Positions 13,666 through 25,375 of a stretch of 64,000 nucleotides of DNA are shown in pieces (positions within the stretch are counted from its first letter, which is position 1; each line of letters starts with the position of its first letter). The position numbers and the translations under genes are program-made. Source of the DNA: Squalus acanthias (taxonomy: Eukaryota). The DNA lies in contig CM059425.1 of NCBI GenBank assembly GCA_030390025.1, positions 176,640,001 through 176,704,000 on the forward strand. Reading direction: 5' to 3'. Below the pieces are notes generated by a model. The model had not been told where the DNA came from. It made no database searches and saw nothing but the letters and a program-made list of their open reading frames with translations.

Positions 13666-13823
13666 GCCTCGTGTCCCGATGACTAGTCTGTCTCTGCACA
13701 GGAGCATGGAGGAGTCCGGCATCAACTTGGCACAGGGCTTTGTGCAGAGCTTGGAGCCCATCCTTTCCAGCATGGAAGTGGTGGCCAATTCCATGAGCAC
13801 ACTTGTGAACCCAACCATGATGC

Positions 13824-15072
13824 TGAAGAGATCGCAAAGTCTCTGTTTGAAGAATGGCCTCAGTCGAGAATATTTTGTGGACTTTATGGGATTTTTCTGA
13901 GGGTATTTTCCCTGTGATGGGATCACCCTGTGCAGATATGTGAAAAACTGGTTTGTTAAAACTCCAGAGAACGCATGGCAGTTGGCTGTGACAAAAGAAT
14001 TGTCAGTCACCCAGAATATGCAAAAGCACTTCTCACCTCCATCTCAGAAGAGAAGCAGAACAATGAACCCACTGGCCTAGCCAGCCGGAGAGGAGCCAGT
14101 TTTTCCCAACACAAAGACCAAAATATGTCCCAGACTTAGGGCCATTAGTCCAATCACGGAGTACACATGGGTCTGGTGATGGCCCATCACTGATTAAGCA
14201 CCGGAGTGCTTAGAAACAAAAGGATTTTAAAGATCGGCGCGAAAGATAGGGGTAGCAAGACTCCTATAAAGATATGATGCGGAGATGCCGGTGTTGGACT
14301 GGGGTGGACAAAAATGAGAAGTCGCACAACACCAGCTTATAGTCCAACAGTTTTAAAGATACGATAGCAAAATACTGCGGATGCTGGAAATCTGAAATAA
14401 CAACAGAAAACGCTGGAAAAACTCAGCAGGCCAGGCAGCATCCGTGGAGAGAGAAAGAGAGTTTTTAAAGATAGATTCTTTCCCACCATTTCTCTCTCTC
14501 TCTCGCTCTCGCTGCAACAAGATCGACCTAACAAGAAGTACCAGAGGAGCCGCCGAGCGGAGCGATCGAAACCAACTGCGTGTGGGGGTAAGCATGGTCT
14601 CGAGTGTCCCAAGCCGGTAAACCAGATATCCCAGGCGAGCTGGGTGTGGTGTAAAGAGCTCAGGTTTTTTCTCAGAAGTGAAGCTTTTGGGCTATTCTGG
14701 GGTGGGAGCTTCGTTTGGTTCAGCCAGGCGAAAGGGGCTCATGCGACTGGGTAATTCGTTGGTAGGGGTGGAATTAGAGCCCACCATAGCAACAAGGGAA
14801 TTACTGAATTACTCAGTTTTGTACTGTATGTATGTTGTTTGTAACCTGGATTTTATTCTCCACAGAGACAGTGATTTTGTTTAGTAGTGCATGTTTTAGC
14901 CAGTGTATGTTAGACCAAATAAATATAAGTTTAATTTTGTCCGAAGCATTCCTGTCCGTGACTTATTTCATGTACACTCTGAATAATAATTCCCGGGTAT
15001 AGAACTTTCATAAGGCGGGGGCGATTCGAACCGTCCGTCTAGCAATTGGGCTAGGATCAAAAACCGCTTACA
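13824..15072 (+). mobile_element. Solo LTR (Gypsy- or ERV-type)
   Basis: TG...CA termini. 4-bp TSD ATGC (13820-13823, 15073-15076) interrupts the Harbinger Myb gene cleanly. TATAAA at 14265, AATAAA at ~14918. Confidence 0.8.
14275..14462 (-). mobile_element. Two adjacent short Penelope-like inserts (P1 14275-14353; P2 14362-14462)
   Basis: Match 7715-7790 and the rc of 44163-44264. TAAAGATA occurs three times as serial TSDs. Confidence 0.8.
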
Positions 15073-15099
15073 ATGCAGCATCTGATGGCCGATGTCTCA

Positions 15100-15530
15100 C
15101 GGGCAACACGGTGGCATAGTGGTTAGCACTGGTGCCTCACAGTGCTAGGGACCCGGGTTCGAATCTGACCTTGGGTGACTGTCTGTGTGGAGTTTGCACA
15201 TTCTCCCCGTGTCTGCGTGGGTTTCCTCCGGGTGCTCCGGTTTCCTCCCACAGTCCAAAAATGTGCGGGTTAGGTTGATTTGGCTATGATAAAAAAATTG
15301 ACCCTTAGTGTTAGGGGGGGATTAAATATGTGGGGTTATGGGGATAGGATGGGATATGTTAGGGGGAATTAAATACGTGGGGTTACGGGGGTAGGGTGGG
15401 ATGTGTGTACTGTGGGGATTAAAGCAGGGACAGGGTACTGGATTTGGATGATCAGCCATGATCGTATTGAATGGTGGAGCAGGCTCGACAGGCCGAATGG
15501 CCTACTCCTGCTCCTAGATTCTATGTTTCT
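15100..15530 (+). mobile_element. HE1-type V-SINE with CR1-derived tail
   Basis: tRNA head with A box (tggcatagtgg) and B box (gggttcgaatc), V-domain gtgtggagtttgcacattctccccgtg..., (atgtttct)n tail, TSD ATGTCTCA. Confidence 0.9.
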
Positions 15531-16194
15531 ATGTCTCAGCTTCCATTGCAGCACAAGCAGCTTCCACCAGAGGTCTGAGTGCTGCAATGGAAGCTCGGAC
15601 TGTTGCCATCATGGCTCTGGATTCCAGTGTTCAAAGGGGCTTGCAGCGTGTCACAGTAGTCCAGCAATCTGTCCTCCAACAGATTACTAGGATTGCTGAG
15701 GCGCCGCCCTGGGGGGAGTGGCAGTGGCTCGTGGAGCACGAACCTGCTGCCCTCTCTCAGGGTGACAGCATTTGTCCTGCCACTCTGCCAGTGCCCTTGC
15801 TGTAGCCAGTCTGCCCAGACTGCTGCTGCCCGTGCCGAGATGGTGCAGTCCGAAGCTGGGCCTTCTAGGCCCAGAGCTGCTCAAGGTCATCCTCCAAGGC
15901 CATCTGCAGTCTCCCCCACTGAAAATCAGCAGCCTTCCACCAGCCATGCTGCAACCACTGGGGTAGCACTTCATAGGAGCACTAGGAGAGGCAAAGGCAC
16001 ACGGAAGACAGGCACTAAGGGAATGCACAAGGGTGATTAGTTTATGTTTGTATGCAATATGGCATGATTTGGTTTGGAAAACTTTATTTTGTGTTGGCTT
16101 TTATTTTTGCATTGTGGCCAAGTGGACGCTGTGATGGTCAGTGACAGAGGGATGGTAAGGTGTGGGACTGTTGGTGAATGGGGAATTGGGGTTG

Positions 16195-17824
16195 CAGTTA
16201 CCGGTATCACATTCGGATGAGTTCTTCATGGACAGCCCAGCCAGAAAGGGGCTGTCTGGGTTGCCACCTCCCTTTCTCTTCCTCATCCTCCTCCGTCTCC
16301 TTTTCTTCCTCTTCCTACTCCTCAGCTGCTCACCATATAGGTGGCAAAGGCTGTGCCCTCATGATGGCGAAGTTGTGCAGCATGCAGCAGACCACCACAA
16401 ATCTTGACACCTGCACTGCCGAGTATTGCTGGGCTCCTCCAGAGTGGTCCAGGCAGATGAAGTGTTGTTTCAGCATGCCAATGGTCTGCTTGATGATATT
16501 TTGTGTGGCATCACGGCTTTCATTGTATGGAAGCTGCCCACATGTTGCGCACGGGAGTCATGAGCCTTGTCGTCAGCGGTTAGCCCTTGTCGCCGGGTAG
16601 CCGCCCTTTGGCTTGCCATGGTGGCTCAAATGCAGATGGCACAGCGGACTGCCACATAATGAAGGCATTATGACTGCTGCCAGGATACCGGGCATTGACC
16701 TCCATGATTCGCTGCCTATAGAAAGAAAGAAAGAAAGACTTGCATTTATACATCGCCTTTCACGAGCCCCGGTAGTTCCAAAGTGTTTTACAGCCAATGG
16801 AGTAGTTTTGAAGTGTGGTCACTGTGGGAAATGTGGCAGCCAATTTGCGCACAGCAAGCTCCCACAAACCGCAATGTGATAATGACCAGATAATCTGTTT
16901 TTTTTTTGTTATGTTGGTTGAGGGATAAATACTGGCCAGGACACCGGGGATAACTCCCCAGCTGTTCTTCGAAATAGTGCCATGGAATATTTTACATCCA
17001 CCTGAGAGAGTAGACAGGACATCGGTTTAATGTCTCATCCGAAGGATGCCATCTCCGACAGTACAGTACTCCCTCAGCACTGCACTGTAGTGTCAGCCTA
17101 GATTCTTGCACTCAAGTCTCTGCAGTGGGACTATGAACCCACAACCTCCTGACTCAGAGGTGAGAGTGCTACACACTGAGCCATCGCTGACACTATGGTC
17201 GCACAGCAGCTGGTCGTTGAGGGGATGTCATTCCTTTCGGTTCCAGTACATGGCAAAGTTGACTTGCAGTGCCCGCAAAGCAATGTGCGAGCAGTCAATG
17301 GCACCCTGCACCATGGAGAAGCCTGCATTCCTTGCGAAGCCACATACTCGCTCCGCCTGCTACTCTCTGGCAAGAGAGAATGAAATGTAGTCAGCTCTCT
17401 TTGAACAGAGTGCGTCAGTAACTTCCCTTACACAACAGTGGATGGCAAACTGCGAGATCTTGCAAATATCTCCAGCTCCAGCCTGAAAGGAACCCAATGT
17501 ATAAAAGTTCATGGCCACAGTCATCTTCACAGTCTCTGGCAATGCAGTCCTTGCCCTGTCCTGAGGTTGCAGTTGTGGCTACAGCAGGTGGCAGATTTCA
17601 GTGAGCACATCCTTACTGAAGCGCAAACATCTCACACATTGTTCCTTGCTGAGGTTCAGGGAGGAGAATTGCTCCCTGAACACCCTGGGTGGATATGGCC
17701 TCTTGCTGAGAGCCCTTCTCCCCCTCCTCCTCCCTCTTCCAGCAGCTTGTCCTGCTCTGCGTGCCCTCTGCTCATTCTCCAAGTCATGCTGTATTCCAAG
17801 TGGAATTCCTATGAGTGCACCCAT
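16195..17824 (-). pseudogene. Harbinger DDE transposase (HARBI1-like), interrupted by a SINE
   Basis: MGALIGIPL...RPYPPRVFREQFS, VKMTVAMNFY..GSFQAGAGDIC.ISQ, GAIDCSH, YPG, IKQTIGMLKQHF.CLD motifs. Acidic C-terminal tract. Confidence 0.85.
16720..17192 (-). mobile_element. DeuSINE (SacSINE1/AmnSINE1-like)
   Basis: rc has tRNA head (tggctcagt...ggttc), Deu-domain-like gcttgctgtgcgcaaattggctgcc, and L2-like (cttt)n tail. CTAT flanks. Confidence 0.75.
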
Positions 17825-19804
17825 GTCTGGCAGCAAGTGTTTTGTAAAGAAGCCTTGGAAGTCAGGAAAAAGTCCTACAGCATCTGCCGCACCATTCCCT
17901 GTAGATGTTGGCAACTTTAAACAACTATAGAAAGCACCAAACACTTGTAGACATGCACCAACAGCCAGAAGAAATCAATCAGCAACTAACCTGTAAGTAG
18001 GTGATGATCCCTTTAAATAGTGCCGGCCGGGGGTCCTTCCTGCTGCTGAACATGTGTTCAGCTGTGCGAGCTTAAGAGAGGGCGTTAGCTGGAGCATTGA
18101 GCTCCAAAATGGCAGCGCTGGTGTCAAATCAGCGTTGCACGCTAATTGACATCACAATCTGTCTGCTCTGCATACTTCCAGCGGGCGTTCACTGCGCGAG
18201 CGCTAATGCTCTCGGCAATATGGCGACAGGTGCGATTGGCCCCACAAGTGTGCGCACGCAGCGCGGATGCCATTTTGGGCTTCTAAGGGCAATCGTAGCG
18301 CCCAGAAATGGATGCTACGGATCCAAATTTTGTGCCCATGAGCTTTTATTTAGATGGGACAATGACATCTTTAAATACCCACCTGAACTGCTGCTCAATC
18401 TCACCTCCGTTTCCCTGGTCAGTTTCCCGAGTCCTGAGAAAACCGTGCTGCAGATGCTAAATTTGGAGCGAACTTAAAAGCAATTTGCAAAGACATCGCC
18501 TAAGGACAATAATTGCACCAATAACTACTCGCCCACCTGCAATGATTAAATCCATGACTTCGGTGAGTAGGATTCTCGTCGGCAGCAAACACACCTCCAT
18601 GAAACCGGAAGTGGAACCAGGTTGCGCACCCGATTGAAACATCAAAGATTTTAAACCCCCCACCCGCCCCAAACCAACAAGTTCTTGGGGGTTAAAATTC
18701 CCCCTATTTAAAAAAATATTTTTTGTTTAAAACAAGAGTGTGACTGACTACACAGCAACTGAGCTGCTGCCACTGACAGCGTGATTAACATTGGTAGAAT
18801 TATAATCATTAACCAAGGGTATTCTAGTGATTTGTGTCATTTCAATCTTGTATTTTAATTCACCTCTCTTACATTTCCACGACTGCAAATCCAGGTCCTC
18901 TTGTCTGATGATGATATCAGGGACTGGGATTTCCTCCGTCATCGCACCGTGAAGCAGATGGGATAGTGGTGAGAAATGGGGGGATATTGGCCGGCGATGA
19001 TTCTCCCTACATTCCCACCATGACCTCAAGTTTCTTCCCCCTGCCCCGGCTGAGAAGGCTTCTGGCTTCCCTTTCACTGTCTGCCACATGTAAATGTCAG
19101 TGGGGTGATGGGGCCTGATTTCCCCATTTACTACCACTATCTCCACTGACCCAAGGGAGGACTGAAGAAGAATGGCGGTAATTCCTGGGGTAGCAGTGGT
19201 AAGTTCCCTAAGTCATTGGTTGGAGAATGAGCTAGTAGTGGTCTTCTCTCTCTCCATATAGACCCTAAACACTACCTACTGAAGGTATTGGTCTCAGTCC
19301 ATCAGCATCTGAAAAGAGAAAAGATGTATTAATGTTTTGTGTAGAGACACTTCACCAGATGACAAAGCGTCTCTAGTAGAAATGTTAACGTATCTCTTCT
19401 ATTTATGTTGATATTCCTAGATCCCTGATTCTCTCCTTGTATGTTTAACTGCTCAATCCTCAATATCAATTTAATTGCTCTCCTGTGTCCCCTCTCCAAA
19501 GCCAGGATGGCTCTACCGTAGCACAGTGAACAGAAATATACACAGTGCTCCAGGAAGGCCAGACGATTGCTTATACAAGTCCACTATAATACCATGGAAC
19601 TTGGCTTTAGCAGTATACCCTAAGATCTGGTTTGATTTCTTTACAATTGTCACATATGCACTGACAGTTTTAATAGGCTATCCACCAGTATCTTCACATC
19701 TCACTCTGGTATCTTCCTCTCCCCACACCTCTGCCTCCTGGCCTCATGAGCCAATTTCCTGCGTGGCAATGTGTCAAAGCATGCTAAAAATGAAATACAT
19801 GACA

Positions 19805-20228
19805 CGGTGGCATAGTGGTTAGCACTGGTGCCTCACAGCGCCAGGGACCCGGGTTCGAATCTGGCCTCGGGTGACTGTCTGTGTGGAGTTTGCACATTCT
19901 CCCCGTGTCTGCGTGGGTTTCCTCCGGGTGCTCCGGTTTCCTCCCACAGTCCAAAAATGTGCGGGTTAGGTTGATTTGGCTATGATAAATTGACCCTTAG
20001 TGTTAGGGGGGGATTAAATAGGTGGGGTTATGGGGATAGGATGGGATATGTTAGGGGGAATTAAATACGGTGGGATAGGTGCAGGCTCGATGTGGGGATT
20101 CTGTGTGAGAAAGCAGGGACAGGGTACTGGATTTTGGATGATCAGCCATGATCGTATTGAATGGTGGAGCAGGCTCGACGGGCCGAATGGCCTACTCCTG
20201 CTCCTAGTTTCTATGTTTCTATGTTTCT
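19805..20228 (+). mobile_element. HE1-type V-SINE
   Basis: Near-identical to 15100-15530. TSD ATGACA. Confidence 0.9.
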
Positions 20229-20275
20229 ATGACATCTGCAGTTCCCCCTATTGCTAGGTCTGTTATTTCCCCAAA

Positions 20276-20732
20276 TCCATCGATCAGCTCCGATGGACGG
20301 GTCACATCGTCCGCATGCCCGATACGAGACTCCCAAAGCAAGCACTCTACTCGGAGCTCCGACATAGCAAGAGAGCCCCAGGTGGGCAGAGGAAACGCTT
20401 CAAGGACACCCTCAAAGCCTCCTTGAAAAAGTGCAACATCCCCACTGACACCTGGGAATCCCTGGCCCAAGACCGCACAAAGTAGAGGAGAAGCATTCGG
20501 GAAGGCGCCGAACACCTCGAGTCTCTTCGCCGGGAGCAAGCGGAAGCCAAGCGCAAACAGCGGAAGGAGCGCACGTCAACCCAAGCACCCCGCCCACCCG
20601 CACCTTCAACCACCGTCTGCCCCACCTGTGACAGAGACTGTAGGTCCCGCATTGGACTCATCAGTCACCTGAGAACTCATTTTTAATGTGGAAACAAGTC
20701 ATCCTCGGTTCCGAGGGACTGCCTAAGAAGAA
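20276..20732 (+). mobile_element. RTE-clade LINE 3' end
   Basis: QLRWTGHIVRMPDTRLPKQALYSEL...GGQRKRFKDTLK...WESLAQDR...CPTCDRDCRSRIGLISHLRTH. (AAG)n tail. TSD ATTTCC(C/T)CAAA. Confidence 0.85.
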
Positions 20733-21899
20733 ATTTCCTCAAAGACATTGAATAGTTTTGTCAGATATTACCTCCCACCTATAAAGCCAAACTAATTCTC
20801 TTTTATAAGGCCATACTTCTGTAGGTGCTTCATTGTTTCCTCTTACAGGATCCCTTCTAATTTCAAAACACCTCACTACACATGTCATCCTCCCTGGCCC
20901 ATACTACTTCTCAGGGTTATTCTTTTGCCCCATTTTATAAGCCAAAATTATATTTGATATTCTCAGCACTTTTCCTGTTTCCAATGTTTCCATAAAAATG
21001 TCCATCAGGGTGTGACCAATTTCATTACCCACTTCCTTAAGTACTCTACGATGTAATCCATCAGGGTCTGAAATTGGAGGAAGTACAGGCAGGTATAATC
21101 TGTAAAATATCCAAGATGGAGGGACAAACAGGGAATGATCATGTTGGCTGAAAATGGAAGATCTGATTGGCCTATAGTGTCACATGGTTAGCACCATTTT
21201 AAGACGGCTACAATATTATACACACACGATTCCTAATACGATTGATGGAGCGAAAAATGTTTCAAACACTCAATACCAATGTTAGTTGTCTTTATTAAAG
21301 GAATTCAAACCAATAACCCTTTGGTGCCGCTCTAATGTCCAGTTCCTGATACCAATTCAGTTTTATCTTTCCACCTGCACAATAAAAGCAAGTTTCAAAG
21401 CGAGTGTTTGCCACTTAAAGTGTTAACTGCTTTGGACAGATTACAACACTATCTTATCACAAGGTGAGGCCATAGTGCTTGCTGGTTCAAGATACTGAAC
21501 ACAAAACATAATGAATTAATTGTACAGATAGAAGATGAAACAAACCAATACACATACTGAAGTCCTGGAGAGTACTCAGGCCTAGAAATTAGGCATCCCC
21601 AGAAAACAGACGCGGGGATCACGATGCGATAGCAACCCGTGCCCATTCGGAGGACTGCAGGCAGCCCGTAGAATTCATGCTGCCTGCTAATTTACATGAC
21701 TAGCGTTCAGCCCAGTGCTAAACATGCTGCTGAGTGGCTGAATGCTCAGCAGGGAGCCCAATTTCGTGTGAGGATAGCTCCAATGAAAGCGAGCCTGCAC
21801 CACTTAAAAGCAATCTGCACCTCTTAAAGTGGAGGTGCATTCTGGCTGCAACCAGTGATTGAAGTGGCTTGGAAGAAAGTGGACAAAGTGATAATTAAG

Positions 21900-24081
21900 G
21901 CATAACAGGGGAGCAAGCATGCACCTAGGTTCTCCAATGCAGCACTGGAGGTCAACTCCAGGAGAGAGGTCCTCTTTCCACAGGGGGCCAGGAGGCCCTC
22001 CAGGCAACAGACCAGAGTGCAGTGGGAGCAGATAGTCACTGGTAAATGCCAGCAGTGTAGCCCCGAGGACCTGGATGCAGTGCAGGAAGAAGTTTAGTGA
22101 CCTCACACGAGTGGTCAAGGCCAGTGAATTCATCTTCAAATGGCATATGCCACCATCTGCACCACTAGCCTCACACACTGTTCAATGCACCACACCCCTA
22201 TCACTCACCTATCAACAATCTCTACAAAACATGACTCATACCTCACATTCATAGCTTCACCTCACCTGCACACACTTACCATTGTGGTAAGCCTCACACC
22301 CACATCTCGCAAATTGAACAGACTGTCAACTATTCAACAATGACAGGCACATCTCCCATACACATTACACAACGCTCACTGACACACTTCCCTTTCTCTT
22401 GCAGGAAAAGATGGCGCATAACCGGTGCCAGCAGATCTTAACCAGCGGGGGACAGGCTCGCCTGCATCACCTCAGCCCATGGAGGAGACGGTGCTGGCCA
22501 TTCTTGGCAGGGGCATGGCTGAGCCGTTGGCCAGTGGTGGGGCTGAAAGAATAGAAGATGCTAGTATCCTGATACGTTATCCTCCTTCTCACATCCCATT
22601 TCCCCCTCATCCCACAATCTCTTCTGATTTACAAGCTGCACATGGTGTAAGCATGCACCTCTTGCTTCCCCCCCTCCCCTCACCACAACCCTACCATTGT
22701 GCCTTTCTCATTTCAGACACCCAAGAAATCCAGCCTGCCCAGCCAGTGTTTGAACAAGAAGAGGGAGAGGAGATTGAAGAAGAAGAAGAAACACCATCAC
22801 TCGATTTCACACTCCCAGTCATCAGCTCAGATACTGACAGTGTGTGTACTTTAGAGGATAGGTTAAATGTGGGATCTGCACATAGTGAGACACCGGGCAC
22901 GAGTGGGCTGCAGCCAGGGCAAGGGGAAAGGGTAGCACAGGTGCCAGCTCCCCAGAGGACGTGCTTATACGCAAGTTCTGCTGCACAGGACTCAGATGAA
23001 GACTTCGATGGGGTGGCCTACAGAAGAACGCAGATGGGTATGCACCATGAAATGCTTGGTGCATTGGCAGGTCTGCCGGAAAACCTGAATGCAATGTCAA
23101 TGAGCATGGAGGAGTCCAGTTCCAACATTTCACAGGGCATTGGGCAGAGCTTGGAGCCCATCCTTTCCAGCGTGGAAGGGCTGGGCACATCCATTAACGC
23201 ACTTGTGGACCCAATAATCTGATGGCTGAAGTCTCAGCTCCATTGCAGCACAAGCAGAAGCCACCCAACGTCTGAGTGCTGCAGTGGAAGCTCAGACTCA
23301 AGCCCAGACTGCTGCCATCATGGCTGGGTTTACGAGTGTGGAAAGGAGCTTGCAGGGTGTCCAGCAATCTGTCCTCCAGCAGATTACTAGGATTGCTGAG
23401 GTGTTGCCCCAGGGGACTGGCAGTGGCTCCGTGGAGTTCGACCCTGCTGTCCTCTCTCAGATTGACAGAATTCGTCCTCCCACCACTGCCACTTCGCCAG
23501 TGCCCTTGCTGTTGCCTGTCAGCCAGCCAGCCCAGACTGCTGCCACCCATGCCAAGGTGGTGCAGTCCGAAGCCAGGTCTTCTGGTCTTTGGGTAACACG
23601 GTGGCATAGTGGTTAGCACTGTTGCCTCACAGCGCCAGGGACCCAGGTTCGAATCCGGCCTAGGGTGACCGTCTGTGTGGAGTTTGCACATTCTCCCCAT
23701 GTCTGCGTGGGTTTCCTCCGGGTGCTCCGGTTTCCTCCCACAGTCCAAAGATGTGCGGGTTAGGTTGATTTGGCTATGATAAATTGACCCTTAGTGTTAG
23801 GGGGATTAAATATGTGGGGTTACGGGGATAGGGTGGGATATGTGTGTCGGTGCAGGCTCGATGGGCCGAAATGGCCTCTATCTGCACTGTGGGGATTCTG
23901 TGATTCTAAGCCCAGAGCTGCTCTAGGTCATCCTGCAAGGCCATCTGGAGTCCACCCGACTGAAAGTCAACAGCCTTCCACCAGCTATGCTGCAGCCGCT
24001 GGGGTAGCACTTCATAGGAGCACCAGAATAGGCAAAGGCACACGCAAGACATTCACTAAGGGAATGCACAAGGGTGATTAG
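21900..24081 (+). pseudogene. Harbinger Myb/SANT-like protein, three exons
   Basis: APRFS...RTWMQCRKKFSDLTRVVK. Acceptors cttgcag (~22404) and tttcag (~22716). Coiled-coil-like and basic C-terminus ending TKGMHKGD*. Confidence 0.8.
23584..23905 (+). mobile_element. HE1-type V-SINE with the (gattct) tail
   Basis: Same head and V-domain as the other copies. Tail gggccgaaatggcctc...gattctgtgattcta. Confidence 0.88.
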
Positions 24082-24224
24082 TTGCTTTTTCAATGTAATA
24101 TTGGATGCATATGTGGATAAAGTTGGATTGGAAAGTTTGCTTTGTGGTGGCTTTTATTTCAGCATTGTGGCCAAGAGGGAAGGTCAGGTGTGAGACAAAT
24201 GTTGAAAGGGGAATTGGGGTTGCG

Positions 24225-25375
24225 TTCACTGGTACCGCAGACGGATAATTCCATCCTTGATAGCCTGGCCAGAAAGGAGCTGTCTGGGTTGTTTCCTTCC
24301 TTCTACTTCCTCCTCCTCCTCTTCCTCCTCCTCCTACTCCTCCTGCTCCCCCTCCTGAGCTGGTCGCTGTATCCCTGGTGGCAAGGGCTGTGCCCTCATG
24401 ATGGCCAAGTTGTGGAGGATACAGCAGACCACAACGAATTGGACGCATGCTCCGACGAGTACAGTAGGGCTCCTCCAGAGCAGTCCAGGCAGTGGAACCG
24501 TGTTGGATCAGCACCCCAACGGTCTGCTCTATGTTTCAGGTGGCAGCATGGTTCTCATTGTACGCATGCTGGCCACGTGTGGTTGGGTTGTGGAGGGGAG
24601 TCATGAGCCAGGTGGCCAAGGGATAGACCTTGTTGCCCAGTAGCCACCCTCTGGTTTGTCTTGGTGGATCAAAGGCTGAGGAGACAGCGGATTGGCACAG
24701 AATAAAAGCATCATGACTGCTGTCAGGAAACTGAGTATTCACCATCATGATGTGCTGAGCATGGTCGCACACCAACTGCACATTCAGCGAGTGGAATCCT
24801 TTGTGGTTGAGGTACATCTCAGCATTTGGAAGCGGAGCCTGCAAAGCCATGTGCAGTCGATGGCGCTCTACACCATGGGGAGGTCCGCTATCCTAGTAAA
24901 GCCATGTGCACGCTCCTGGTCAGAGAGAAGACAATGAAATCCCCTCTCCTGGCATAAAGATCTCATGTCACCTCTCTTATGCAGCAGTGGACGGTGAACT
25001 GGGAGATGTTACAGATGTCACCTGCTCCAGCCTGGAAGGATCCCGTCACAAAGAAATTCAGGACATGGTTACCTTCACAGCCACTGGCAGTGCTGTCCTT
25101 GTCCTGGTGTGAGGCTGCAGGTCTGGTTGTAAGAGGTGGCAGAGTTCTGTGAGCACCTCCTTCATAAAGCGTAGATGCCTCACACACTGCTCCTGGCTCA
25201 GACTGAGATAAGAGAATTGCTCTCTGAAGACCCTAGGTGGATAAGGCCTCCTGCAGAGAGCCTTTCTCCCCCTCCTCCTTCTCCCTCTGTGAGCAGCTTG
25301 TCCTCTTCTTTGCTGCCTCTGCTCCATCTCCCTGTCATGCTGCAGGCCAAGGGGGATGACAACTAGAGCCCCCAT
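24225..25375 (-). pseudogene. Harbinger DDE transposase (HARBI1-like)
   Basis: AIDCT., NHKGFHSLNVQLVCDH, PDSSHDAFIL, GWLLGNKVYPL..WLMTP, YNENHAAT motifs, with frameshifts. Confidence 0.9.

Larger units (their letters stand above)
11832..18337. mobile_element. Composite/chimeric Harbinger element with nested LTR, SINEs and Penelope-like inserts
   Basis: Left TIR GGCCCCGATGTT (11832), right TIR AATTTTGTGCCC (18326-18337), flanks ATT/ATG. Myb-like gene on +, transposase on -. Confidence 0.7.

Noticed and set aside
15100..15175. tRNA genes
   Set aside because: The A and B boxes are SINE heads followed by a V-domain and LINE tail.
19320..19400. Additional hammerhead/Penelope palindrome
   Set aside because: Too degenerate; the core boxes are not intact.
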